NCBI RefSeq assembly: GCF_009914755.1
Contig: NC_060931.1
Direction: 5' to 3' (one strand)
DNA length: 64,000 bases
From: the human T2T-CHM13v2.0 reference genome, Homo sapiens
Shown here piece after piece: positions 1 to 13,986 of this stretch. Under the pieces are notes generated by a model. That model did not search any database, was not told the DNA's origin, and saw only the letters and a program-made list of their open reading frames with translations. Every line of letters starts with the position of its first letter. The first letter of the stretch is position 1. Made by a program: the position numbers and the translations under genes.

Positions 1-202
1 AGCAATTCTTGTGCCTCAGCCTCCCAAGTAGCTGGGATTACAGGTGCACACCACCATGCCCAGCTAATTTTTTTGTATTTTTAGTTGAGATGGGGTTTCA
101 CCACGTTGGCCAGGCTGCTCTTCATCTCCTGGCCTCAAGTGATCCACCAGCCTCAGCCTCCCAAAGTGCTGGGGTTACAGGCGTGAGCCACCGTACCTGG
201 CC
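1..202 (-). mobile_element. AluS-type SINE, truncated by the window start
   Basis: Antisense Alu motifs gcctcagcctcccaagtagctgggattacagg, ttttgtatttttagt and cccaaagtgctggggttacaggcgtgagccacc...ggcc. Confidence 0.95.
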
Positions 203-2784
203 TTATTTACCTGCTTGAAGTTATTTTGGTTTGGTGTGAGATAATTGTTAAAATTACATTTTTCCTTATGACTATATAGTTGAGCCCAGACTTTTAAATT
301 TAAGACCATCATATCAACCACTAAATTGTACTGATGCTCTCAACATAAATCATGTGACTTTACATCCATTGGTCTATTTCCTGACACTCTCTACTGTTTT
401 GTTGGTTTATTTTGCTATTTTTATAATAATATACTGCAAGTATCTCTAGAAAAAGATGAGATAAACTAATAAGATAAAATATGTATTAAAGCTACAGTAA
501 TTGAGAGTAAACTGATATGTGATATATTTCTTGCATTGAGTGACATGGTTGACAATTTTATTTTATTAAAGTCACATTTATGTTTCGTGCACTTTTCTGA
601 TTTTACATTTTTCAGTAAAAAACAAAGTACAACAAACAAACAAAAAAGATCCATGGAGTTGAGTCAGACAAGTAATCAGATTCTTAAAATCCAATAGAAT
701 GAGTTCTCCAACGCACACAACAAAATGTTGTTCATCAGGTAAACTAAATAACAAGACAATACAAAAACAATTGTTTGAAATTTTGTGGTTATGCATATTT
801 AAATTTCATACTATTTTAATGTGAATGAATGAGTACAGAGGGCAATGTACATACAGGTTTTGAATCACCAGTCTGGCCTTTACACTCTACATGAGATTTT
901 CTATGGATGGTGTTAAACTTGCCTAACAATAACAAGAAAGTTACAGCCACATGGGTAATATTTAAGTTACAAACATTTTTAGAAATTAACATAGATTGTG
1001 TGAGAGCAAGGTATGTTTTTGTGTTTGTTGTGCATTTTATTGCACATTGGTAGAAAATGCTATTAATTTTACAGCTCAGGACAACATTATGAGTAAATTT
1101 TAAATTTAAACCCATAATGTAGTAACAGTAATAGGTAATATCACAATATTCTGTCTAAAAGATTCACTACTATTTTAACAGAATACCGTAGGAGAGCAAA
1201 GGAAAGGCTGATGCCTTGGAAAAATCTGGAAGGAATTCACAGAGGAAGTAAGCTTTGAGCTGGATTGAAATACATGGCATTGCTTGGGAGAAAATGAGAA
1301 AACCAAGGAAATATTCGCTGTAAAGTATTGAGACGTGAAAGAGTGGCAAGCTGGGCAAGCTGGCACATGGAATGGGTGGATCATTAGTAGAAAATGCCAT
1401 TAATGTAACAGGTCAGGACCAGAGTGGGGAAAGCCTCTTTCACACATAGATACATCATGTTCTTCATTTATTCTGCAGTAGCACAGGTGTTTGTCCCAGC
1501 CTTCAGTTCTCTAATCATTCAGCCATTACTGAGCACCTGCTATGCATCAGGAAACTAACTATTTTCATGTTTCTACATGGTCAAAGCTTTCTGAGCAAAA
1601 AATACTGGCAACCTGACTTAAAGGATAAACGAATGACAAACAAGCCTTGGAAGTGAAAGACAGTAAAATATTCCAGGCAGATTTAAAGATTAATCTTCCC
1701 TGGAGCCATTTGTTCACATTTCAAAGGATGACACTACTAGTACCAATCATCATCATCCCAGTTTCATTTGCTTGCATTAGAAGGTGCTGTAACATCCTAA
1801 AGAACTTCCTCCTATCTTTCCAGAAGTAATGTGACTATGTTATAGAGAAAAAATTTCTCTCCCTCTCTTAAAAGAAGAGGGACATTATGAACCATTCCTC
1901 TGAAAGCTCTGAAGTTCATAATTTCAGTGCTTCTCTCCTGTAGTACTAACTCTACCTGTACATGGAGGTTGACATCTGCCTTGATATGTCACTTGGTGGA
2001 GAAATGGAACTTGGGGAAACAATGCCAAAACATTTTTGTGAATAAATAGTCTGCCACTGATTCAGAAACCTTGTGATTGCTGTCAAGATAAAATAAGTAA
2101 ATAAAGGTACTAAAAGCCTATCACTATGTGCCAGGGACAGTTATAATTCTATGTTTAATATCTTAAAGAAAATAAATTTTCAACCTCCCCAAAATTCCTA
2201 TGCTAACTTAAATATTTTTTTTTAATTTTACTATAGCTCATGCCCTCAAGACATCTTCCAAAAGAACCAGAACAGGGTCAAGTGTTATACACAGGCCATC
2301 TTATTTATTTCCTATAAGAACCTATAAGCCTCAACTTAAAAATAAAACTGAGAAAAAAAGGAAATAAGAAATAAATAATAGAAACTGAGAAAAGTAAAAA
2401 AAATTGTCAATATAATGGACTTGAAATAACACACAAGTATCTCTGATTATGGTTCACTGTACGTCACTATATTCTTCAAGTAGATTTGAATGAAGGAAGT
2501 AATGAATGATTTATGTTTATGTGCCTCTTGTGAATTAAAGTGCACACTTAGACAAATAGATAACTGAAAGAAATAAAACAGCATTTTCTCAGAAAAATTA
2601 ACTCAGACTTTTTCTGCTTGACAAATTAATCATCTTTTACTCTATTTCTAAACAGGCCAATTATGTCTCTGAAAATGGCTGCTCCATACCTAATTCTAAA
2701 TAATAAACAGAGTGTCTTATACATTAATAAATTGACCTAGGTAATAATTATCATCTTTTTCTTTATCGTCATCATTGATATCAT

Positions 2785-3005
2785 CAGGACCACTTACAAT
2801 ATACCAGGTAGATGATAGTCTATTTAATCCTATAATTAATTTTTAAGATAGATGGCATAATTTTCCTTCTTTTACAAATAAAGAAGAAATTGAGGCACAG
2901 AGAATTTGAATGACTTCCTAAGGTCACAAAGCTAGTAAATGACAGAAACCTGATCCCAGTTCAAGTAGTTTGGCTCCAGACCCCATGGTCATAAGCTCTG
3001 TTGGC
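2785..3005 (-). mobile_element. MIR SINE
   Basis: Antisense MIR core gaaattgaggcacagagaatttgaatgacttcctaaggtcacaaagctagtaaatgacaga. Confidence 0.85.
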
Positions 3006-3785
3006 TATTGTCTCTCCATAAGATGTACAGTGTTTCAAATAATCTCATTTTCTGTGAGCTGTATTTTTACTTTGGGAAATATAATTTATTTATGACATCT
3101 CTTATATTTGTATTACCTATTAAATGATTAATCATCTCTATGTTGAATATTCTACTTTAGATGGCCAAGGATTGCTTAAGTGAAAACTGGCCAAAATTAT
3201 ATTCCAAGAATGCCTCCTATAATTTCTATTAGATGTGAAAACTAGCAAATTTCCTTTAGATGTCATGCCTATGGCATGGCAGGTGTACTTTATATAATCA
3301 TGTTCCATGAAATAAACATCTGACTGACTCATTTTTGTTTTGCAGGCTCAGCTGTTGCAGAGAAGTAATGATTCACACGAAAATTTAAAATGGAAAGATT
3401 GTCCTCTCCAATCGGCCCCACTTCATAATTCCCAACTCAACAAAGATTGCATTTTAGAAACATGCAACTGTGCAGATGTTTAAAATGAAGGCCATAAGCT
3501 CTAAAATCATTGCCATTTTATTTAAATATCAAACAGCTCAAAATTTGTCTGTGACAAAAATAATTTAAATGTTTTGGTAAAAATATAAAATATTAAGCAT
3601 TCGGTTTTCCACTTTTGGAAACTGAGAGAGAAGTTATGGAAGCTGAATATTGGTCATGAAAGAGACTGTCATATAAAAGATATGTTATACCCATCTCTAA
3701 GACTTTTAGATATTGGAGTAGAATTAATGAAAATTATTCCAGAGCAGAGAATATACAGTACAGTGTCAGTAATTATGCATGCTGC

Positions 3786-3861
3786 TACTTCAGTATACTA
3801 CTTATCCATTCCCCTGTTGAAAATACTTCAGTATTTTACTTATCCATTCCCCTGTTGAAGA
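3786..3861. repeat. 38-bp tandem duplication (2 copies)
   Basis: tacttcagtat..acttatccattcccctgttgaa at 3786-3823 and again at 3824-3861. Confidence 0.9.
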
Positions 3862-4134
3862 ACAAAATAAACAGGTTATATTTTTGTAAAGACATATTGG
3901 ATATAGTAGAAGAAAAGAGACAGATAGCAGAGAAGGATATTCATGAACATGGATCAACAGGCAGATCCAGTTCATACATGGGAAAACACCATCAAGTTGT
4001 GGCCAGATTACCAAAAAATAAAATAAAATTGCCAAAAAAAGTACGACTCATGTGAAGTTGTGATTCTCAAAATGTTTCATTCTATCTATTTCTGTAGAGA
4101 AACAACAAATTAATTGGTTTTAAAAAAAGAAATG

Positions 4135-7100
4135 GACTCTATAGTTTAAGCAGTTTCAGGTTCACAGCAAACTTGAACAGAAAGTACAGAGGATCCCCAT
4201 GTACACCCTTCACACCCATAGTCAACCTGCCCAACCATCAACATCCCATACCATCGTGGTACATTGGTTATGGTGGCTGAAACAAAAGTAACACCTGATT
4301 ATCAACCAAAGTCAATAGTTAAAAAGTGGGGTTCACTCCGTATGTTTTACATTCCAGGAATTTTGACAAATGTTTAATTCATGTATTCACCATTATAGTA
4401 TCATACAAAATAGTTTCGTTGCCCTAAAATTCCCTCGTGCACCACGTATTCATCCCACTGTCTCCCCAAACCCCTTTCAACTATTGATTTTTTTAACTGT
4501 CTCAATCGTTTTGTCTTTTCCAGAATGTCATACAGTATGTAGACAGGATCACACAGTATGTAGCCTTCTAAAATATGTTTCTTTCACTTAATAATATGCA
4601 TTTAAGATTGTACCTTACCTTTTTGTGGCTTCATAGCTCATTTCTTTTTAGAACTGAATGATAGTTCATTGTATAGATGTATCACAGTTTACTTACCCAT
4701 TCTCCTGTTGAAGAACAATAAAAATTGCTTCCAAGATTTGTCAATTATGAATAAGCCCACTATAAACATCCATGTGAAAGGTATTGCATTGATAGAAGTT
4801 TTCAACTTATCTAGTTAAATATCAAGGAATGCAATTGTTGGATCATAAGGTAAGACTATGTTTAATTTTATAAAAAACTGCCAAACTGTCTAACAAAGTG
4901 GCTGTATAATTTTGCATTCTGCCTAGCAAAGAATGAGAGTTCCTATTGCTCCGCATCTTTATTAGCATTTGGTGTTGTCAGTGTTTTGGATTTTAGTCAT
5001 TCCAATAGGTAAGTATTGGTGTCTTATTATATTAATTTCCATTTCCTTAATAAAGTATTTCTTAGTTCTTTGGGTTGCTATAACAACACCAACAACTCCA
5101 TAGACTATATGGCTTCAACAATAAGCATTTATTTCTCACAGTTTTGAAGGTTGGAAAGTCTGAGATCAATGCACCTAAAGATCTGGTGTCTCATGGGGAC
5201 CGAGTTCTTTGTTTATGGATGGCTGTCTTATCTCTGTGTCCTCACATGGCAGAAGGAGTAAAAAGCTCTTTCATTTTTATTAGGGCACTAATCTCATGAA
5301 TGTGGACTCCACCCTCGTGACCTAATAATTTGCCATATGCCTCACCTCCTATTACTGTGCATTGGGGGTTAGGATTTCAAAATATGAAGTATGGGGACAC
5401 AAACATTCAGTCTATACTAGAGTATGTTGTTGATCATTATTTCATATACTTAATTGCCATCTGTGTATATTCTTTGGTGAGGTGTGTGTTAATATCTTTT
5501 GTCCATTCATAAATTGGGTTTGTTTTCTCATTGTTGAGTTTAGGTATTTGTATTAATGAATTTTGGATAATAGTCATTTATTAGATGTATCCTTTGAAAA
5601 TATTTTCTCACAATCTGTGAAATCTGTTAATTGTCTTCTCATTCTCTTCACGGTGTCTTCGCAGAGCAGGAGATTTTAATTTTACTGAAGCCCAACTCAT
5701 CAATTCTTTCTTTCATAGATTGTGCCCTCAGTATATATCTAAAAAGCCATTGCCAAACCCAAAGGTATCTAGATATTTTACTATGTTATGCCCAGTTGTC
5801 CCAGCATCAATTTTTGGAGACTACTTTTCTATCTCTTCTCCATTGTATTGCCTTTGTTTCTTTGTCAAAGATCAGTTGACTGGATTTGTGTGGCCCTATT
5901 TCTGGAGTAATTTAGTTCCATTGAGTTATTTGTCTTGTCTCATGCCAATATCACATTGCTTTTATTACTTTAGTTTTATAGTAAGACTTGAAGTTGGTTA
6001 GTGTCAGTCTTCTATTGTTGTTCTTCATCTTCAATATTGTTTTGTTTGTTCTGGATCTTTTGCATCTCCATATAAACTTTAGAATCACTTTCTTTTTTAT
6101 ATCTGAGGATAGCTTGCTAGGATATTGATTGAGATTGTATTGAATCCACAAATCACATTGGGAAGAACTGCCATCTTGACAATATTGAGTTTTCTTACCC
6201 ATCAACGTGGAATATCTCTTCATATATTTAGTTATTTGATTTCTTTTATCAGTATTTGTACTTTTCTTTGTATAAATTTAAAATGTATTTTGGTAGATTT
6301 ATACCTAGATTTTCCTTTTATGGTGGTATTATATATGGTATTGTCTTTTTAATTTCAAATTTCAATTGTTTATTGCTGATATATTAAATAAATTGTTTCT
6401 TTTATAGCAACCTTGCAACAATTGCTAATTAGTTACAGGATATTTTGTCAATTCTTTGGAATTTTCTATGTAGACAATCATTTCATGTGAAAATAAGAAC
6501 AGATTCATTGCTTTGTTCCTAATTTGTATGCCTCTTACTTTCTTGTCTTATTTCCTTGTGTTAGCTAGGATTTCCAGTAAGATCTTGAAAATGAGTGGTG
6601 AAAGGGGATGTTCCTGAATTTTTTCTGATCTTAGCAGGAAAGTATCCAGTTTCTCATTTTTGAGTATGATATTAGCCTTAGATTTCTTACAGCTATTCTT
6701 TACCAAATTAAAGACATTCTCTTTCATTCATAGTTTGTACAAAGGTTTTATCATGAAAGGGTGTTTGATTTTTTCAAATATTTTTTCTGAATTTATTGAT
6801 TTAATCTTATAATTTTTTCCCTTAACCTATTGATATGCTTTTTATGTTAATTAACTTGTGGATGTCAGACTAACCATGCATACCTGGAATAAATCCATTT
6901 GATCATAATTTATAATTCTGTTTATACATTGTTGATTTGATTTGCTAAATTTTTGAGAATTTTTGCTTATATGTTTATGAAAAATATTGGTCTGTGGTTT
7001 TTTTTCTTTTACTCAAAATATCTTTGTCTTGTATCAAGTATATGTCTGAAAAATCCAGGGAGATATTGACTTGGAGTTATAAATTTGTGAGTATGCCCTT

Positions 7101-7356
7101 CAAAGCATGTTAATGTCCAGGAAGAGAATATATAATGAAAGGAACTCCAAAAGTTACTGGCTGGATACGGGAAGGTAACAGTACAAGGGAGATGGTGAGT
7201 CAACTACAAAGAAAAGAGAAAAATTAGGGTAAATTTCATCTCTTATAGTAAGTTAGGGAATGTTTCCACAGCTCCTATCTTCTGGAAAAGATTGTAACAA
7301 ATTGGTATATCTTCCTGAAATGTTTGATGGAATTCACCAGTGAATCCTTCTGGGCC
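4135..7356 (-). mobile_element. Old L1 (L1MC/L1MD-type), 3' end plus degraded ORF2, interrupted at 5059-5420 and 7029-7224
   Basis: 3' end cagtttcaggttcacagcaaacttgaacagaaagtacaga...; antisense ORF2 remnants (ORF track 5951..6223 contains ILKFIW...LTNFKSYYK); ends near gaattcaccagtgaatccttctgggcc. Confidence 0.85.
5059..5420 (-). mobile_element. MLT1A-type MaLR solo LTR inserted in the L1
   Basis: gctataacaa...catttatttctcacagttttgaaggttggaaagtctgagatc...ggggacacaaacattcagtc; 5-bp TSD agtat (5054-5058 / 5421-5425). Confidence 0.85.
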
Positions 7357-8196
7357 AAACCAATTGCTTTCTCTTCCATATTTGAGTAGCTCCTCTTTAC
7401 CATTAGATGAAATCCTATTTCAATTAACAGGTAAGTAGCACTGCTTTAAAGAGTTCACTATTTAGCTATTTTAATGTAAATTACTCTTCCAAGTCACAAA
7501 AAAAATTTAGAAAATGTATAAATACCATCTTTACTACTTGTGAAAAACATTAAAATCCCCTGATAGACGGCAAGTATTGCATAAGAAGGCATTTAAACAT
7601 TTCTGTGGGAAACTCTGCTGGCCAAAAGGACGAGAAACACAAAGCTATCTATGTCCTTCGGATAATTCTTGCATCCAAATAAAAGAGTTTTGGTAATGCA
7701 GCATATTATCCAATTTTAAAATGTAATCTAGTTATATTATTATCAATTTCATAATTACAGAGAATACTCTTATAACTTGGCACCAGTAGTAATGTCATTA
7801 GATTGTTTATTATACAAAACTCACTTTCAAGTCTCATCTCCAAGGTAGCAATTATAATCCTGAAACTCTCAATGACTATTGACCTCATATCTTCCATTTG
7901 CCTATAACCTGTATCTGTCATTTATACTTCCTGGGGGACAGCAATGAGAGTCTTGCAGGTATTTCACTCAAAATACATCAACCTGAGGCGACTGCAATAT
8001 TCACATTAAGAACAACATCTTAGCAAAAATCTAATAGAATGTAGTGTCTATCACATAACATCATCATATATATGTGATGTATATAGATATATGTATACAA
8101 AATGTTTATGTATTATGTATAACATATGTTTACATTTTCGTGCATGGGTGTATGTATAAATAGATTAGAAACTCTTCTTTTAAGAATTATTTTTCC

Positions 8197-8971
<775 letters not shown>

Positions 8972-10104
8972 AAGAATTATTTTTCCTCCTCTCAATGTAA
9001 AACATTGCACAATATGAAAGTAGATATAACCAGAGCATCAGATATTTTTGGACGTTATAGGCAGCCCATCTGTTCCCAAATCCATAATGAACTTTGGACA
9101 AGTCAAGTGGGATTGATGAAAACTTGCCCAGTTTGTTTCCAGAGTTCAGAATAGGTCGGTATAGCCAAGTGAAATCAATGGATGGCACAGTTTTCTAATG
9201 GTCTTGAACTGTTTTTAGGGGCAATGATTTTTCACACAGACACTAAACAATTTTTCAGGCAATTAAAAATAGCCTCCATTTTTAATTAAACAAATTTGGC
9301 TTCAGAACACTAAAATTAGTATGGTAAATAATTTAGAAAGCTGAAATTTCTTCTAACTTGATTGTCATTACATGCTACAAAATATCTCCTGGGCCACATA
9401 GAGATTTGTTTCAAGAATGTTTTCTAACTTTGATTCTGAAGACCTCATGGAAGGCCCCGTTGACCAAGACTCATCCATCACAGGGAAAAGTAAAAGTAAA
9501 TAGGAAATTGATTTTCCACTCTTAGTAAGAAATAGTAGTGATGATTAAGATAGAATGGTAGGCTTTCAGATGGGTAAAAAACCTTATTTTTATTCCTGCA
9601 AAGATAATTTGCATTTTATTCTGGAAATGCATTTAAATGAAGTCTTTTTTATGAAATGAATATTTTTCACAATGCATCTATCTCTTCAACTGTCTTTTTG
9701 AAAGTTTTTTAAAATTACGGTCAGAGAGCTTTGCCTATTTTCTTGTAATTCATAAAACAGTTTCATTGTGTGAAAATTCTAATATTTAAAAAACACAAAA
9801 AATTACAGAATTTTTTTATTCTATTGCAACATAAAAACAAAACTATAGTTAGTCAAGAGATTCCTATTCTAATTTCAGCCCTGTCAATTCCTTGTTTTGT
9901 GGGTTTGTCCAAGTCCTTAACTTGTCCTAGCACCAGGTCTGTCGTCTGCCCAGTGAAGGAATTCAACTCATCTTTAAAGTTTCCTTTTCAGCTTTGTCGT
10001 TCTATGCACTAATTTCCAAAGCTTATTTGTCAGAAATGTAGTCCTGTAGGCTATTTGACCTCAAAGTGAGGGTTTCATGATTAACTGCATTTGGAAATCT
10101 CACA

Positions 10105-11710
10105 CTTCATTCATTTAATGTACATTTACGTAACACTCTATTGTGTGACCTAAGACTACCTTGGAGAGTCAACTGATATGTCTCTTCAAGGGAATTCATG
10201 AAGCAATTATGAAGGTAAGTGTTTAAAACAGCAATTGTAAAATATCATACCGACAAAAGGTACTTAACATTATAAGGTTCTTATTAACCTGAGAAGTCAA
10301 CAAAAGAAGTGACAACTGAAAGGAGATTAAATGGATGTGTAGTATTTAACTACCAAAAGCAGGAACAAAGTTATCTCTAGTGAATAAAAAACATAAGCAC
10401 TGTCCAGTGACAGAAAGCAGACCTATACGGCAAAGGCAAAGAAAGCATGTTAGACTGTAGGATTGAAGAAAAACCAGGCTTTCAAAGCCTATGAGTCAAT
10501 TAAAGATTGTGCTGTTGGTGAAGAAGGAAAGCCATTCAATAAATATTTAGAAGAGGAATAAAATGATTCTATTCTTGTGTTAAGAATAGCCTGGGTGCAG
10601 AGAAAAGACTAGAACTAAACTAGAGATATCCTGAATAAACTAGACTTAAGAGAACAAGGTCACAAATGTTCTGAGGTTGACCTGTTCTTTTAGTGATGGA
10701 GATGGAATAGATTCATTACACACTTAGGTAATAGAATAAATGCAGAGAAAAGCAGGTAGAGAATAATGAGGAAGCATCTTAGGTCTCTCTCCTTGCGTAT
10801 CTGACTGAGGAAGAGTAAGCTCACTGTGATAGGAGATCTGGCAAAATGCTTGACACGAGTTATCTATTGTGCTGATTACATAACTTTATTACATAGACTT
10901 AGTGGCTAAAAACAAGACACATATTTCAGTTTTTGTGTCAATAATCTGGTCATGATGTAGCTGGGTCCTCTGCTTTAGAAGCTCAAAAAGTTCCAGTAAA
11001 AGTTTTGGCTGGGGCTTCAGTATCATCCAAACCTTGGTTACAAAATAATTAACCTTTTAGCTCAGTGGCTGTTAGTGGTATTCAATTTCTCAATAGCTAT
11101 CTATTGTGGGCCTCAGTTTCCTATTGGCTATCAGCTAGAGGTGAGGCTCAGTTCCTTCCCATAATGGCTGCTTACTTCCAAAAATCAGCAAGGGAAAGAT
11201 AATTTACTAACAAGATGGGTACTACATCTCACCTGACATAAACATGGACACATGATCATGTACATTATGTAACTCATATTTTGTTCTGTTGTTTAGAAGG
11301 AAACTCCAGCCATATTCAACTGGGAAAATAACACAGAAGGGCATGAACATTAGGAAACAAGAATCAGAGTGTCAATCTAGAGTCTCTCCACTACACTTGA
11401 TGTAGGGGAAGAAGATGATGAGATCAGGTTCGATTGTATCAAAAAATCCTATATATGTCTGAAAAGTTTAGGGGACTATAGACTTGGAGTTATAAATTTG
11501 TGAGTACTCCCCCTAAAGAGTACTCACTAAAGAGCCCAGGAAGAGAATATATAATGAAGAGAGAAGGAGGCTCATAAACAAAGCTAGAGGAACTCTCACA
11601 GTTACTGGCTAGATAAAGGAAGGTAATTCGACAAGCGAGTTGGGGAGCCAGGCACAAAGAAAGAAGGGAAAATACTGTGGTCTAGAAGCCACTTGAAAGA
11701 GAACTCAAAG
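10105..11710 (-). mobile_element. Degraded L2, interrupted by an MLT1 LTR
   Basis: Antisense L2 3' end ttcattcatttaatgtacattta... followed by purine-rich L2-like body. Confidence 0.6.
10854..11395 (-). mobile_element. MLT1 (F/G/H-type) MaLR solo LTR
   Basis: acttagtggctaaaaacaa...agctgggtcctctgct...gggcatgaacattagg...ctccactaca; 5-bp TSD cttga (10849-10853 / 11396-11400). Confidence 0.75.
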
Positions 11711-11759
11711 AAAAAAGCGATGGACAGGTTTTCTTCACCTTTTGAATGTAAGCAAAAAT

Positions 11760-13920
11760 AAAAATGAAGAATTTAAAAAATAATTTATCAAATTTAAACA
11801 CAAAATTTATCAAAATAAGCAGGATACGATAACTGGTAGATTACACAAAACACAAGTTAGAGCTGAAAAAACATCTATGATCTGCCTTAGGTCATATGGA
11901 TGAACAAAAATAAGAAGCATCAAAAGATTTGGAAGAGTATAATTATAAAGAAAGTTACGGAATTGTCAGGGCAAAAGTTAGAAATTAATAATAACTATTA
12001 TTTACAATGAAACCTTAAAAATAATATGCCATGACTAATTAAAATCTATACAAGGAGCCACAAAAAATTTGAATTCCAGGAATTTATTAATATAGCTCTC
12101 CATATTACTATATATCTAACTGGGGAATCGTGTGGTCATTTCTAAGGCGTTGAAAAATATAAGATCCATCTTCCAACTTTCAAAACTATTACTTGACATT
12201 GTTTCTGGGTCTTAAGTTAAAAAAATGTAAAGAAGCAGTGAAATTATCTTTACTCAAGATATAATTAACAGATGTTATAGAACTAAATTAACATGTGATG
12301 TGTAATATATATTACTATAACATAACATCAATATTATTAATATGCTATAATATTAGATTAAGTGATTTAATATAATTATAATACAATCATAACTATGATT
12401 ATTGATTATATTAATATAAATATATGAGAGAAATCCTATAAAAAACTACAATAAATCATAAGAAACTTCATAAAATTGAAAGATAAATATGGAGGAAAAC
12501 TTCACCTTTTATATACAGTAACGTAAAATAATTAAATGACATGGAATAAGTTTAATGAGACAGACAAGTCTATCTGTATATATTTCTCTGGTATATAAAA
12601 AAGGTCCACCAAAGTTTAAAAAAAAGATGAATATGAATCTAATAGAGAAATGGACGAAACATATAAAAAGACAGAACAAGAAATACAAATGACTCTTTAA
12701 CCAATGGAAATACATTCAACTATGCTCAGATTAAGATAAATACATATTAAAGTAACACTGATATAGTATTTCTCACTGGAAAAACCAAAGTAAGTGGCAT
12801 CATTTTCTATTGACCAGACTGTTCTTCTAGTATGGTATGTTTGGTGTAACGACTATGGGTGGCGATTGAATAACATCTATCAAAATCTCAATATAATCCT
12901 TTTTTACTTGGAAATTTTACATTGGTGAAGTCATCCCTTAAATATACCGCATGGATGCAAAGAAAATATACCAGCATGGATGCAAAGTAATTTATTGTCT
13001 GCAGTAGAAATATTTTATTAACAACTTAATATTCTGCTCTAGATGAAAATCAATTTTATTGTAGCTAAAGAGCTGAATTCTATATAGCTGTTAAAAAGGA
13101 AAGAAAAAAACAAGAAAGCTATCTATGTACTAATTTGGAAAGATTTCTGGAATGTTCTGTTAAGTAAAAGGACAAGGTGTGTTTGAATATTATAATCTAC
13201 GTATTTGTGTGCTAATCTTGGCAGCATTATTCACAATAGCAAAGACTTGGAACCAACCCAAATGTCCAACAATGATAGACTGGATTAAGAAAATGTGGCA
13301 CATATACACCATGGAATACTATGCAGCCATAAAAAATGATGAGTTCATGTCCTTTGTAGGGACATGGATGAAATTGGAAATCATCATTCTCAGTAAACTA
13401 TCGCAAGAACAAAAAACCAAACACCGCATATTCTCACTCATAGGTGGGAATTGAACAATGAGATCACATGGACACAGGAAGGGGAATATCACACTCTGGG
13501 GACTGTTGTGGGGTGGGGGGAGGGGGGAGGGATAGAATCGGGAGATATACCTAATGCTAGATGACGAGTTAGTGGGTGCAGCGCATCAGCATGGCACACG
13601 TATACATATGTAACTAACCTGCACAATAGGCACATGTACCCTAAAAATTAAAGTATAATAAAAAAAAAACAGGGAAGATATCTATATGTCTGTATATAGA
13701 TATATACATCTCTATATATACTAGTGTATATATATATACACACACTAGTCTATGCATAAAGAAATTGGAGGGTTAAACTGGAAACTACTGACATTGAATA
13801 TCTAGGTGGGGAGAGTGGATAAAAGTATGAAGTTGCTTGAAGGAAGGTTTTTACTTTATACTTGGTTATACATTTTTATTTGATGCTTGTAAATGTATTA
13901 TCTCTTCAGTAATTAAATAA
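11760..13920 (+). mobile_element. Ancient L1ME-type fragments (ORF2 remnant and 3' end), host of the L1PA2 at 13.2 kb
   Basis: A-rich L1-like segments: aatctaatagagaaatggacgaaacatataaaaagaca, gctatctatgtactaatttggaaagattt, aaactggaaactactgacattg. Confidence 0.6.
13221..13669 (+). mobile_element. L1PA2-type 3' end, 5'-truncated
   Basis: ORF2 C-terminus AALFTIAKTWNQPKCPTMIDWIKKMWHIYTMEYY...FSLIGGN, G-rich 3'UTR, GAG diagnostic, short poly(A). Confidence 0.95.
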
Positions 13921-13986
13921 ATGAATTGGGAAATAAATAAATGAATTGGGGAATAAATTGGGAAATAAATGAATTGGGAAAATAAA
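13914..13986. repeat. Degenerate minisatellite, unit ~aaataaatgaattggga (~4 copies)
   Basis: Repeated ataaatgaattggg / aaattgggaaa units. Confidence 0.8.

Noticed and set aside
9-218. 69-aa ORF, and similar ORFs at 27946, 43177, 56616 and 56738
   Set aside because: Translations of Alu sequence (e.g. [19 protein letters not shown]), not genes
13914-13986. Short repeated units considered as a CRISPR-like array
   Set aside because: No unique spacers, eukaryotic context; a simple degenerate minisatellite
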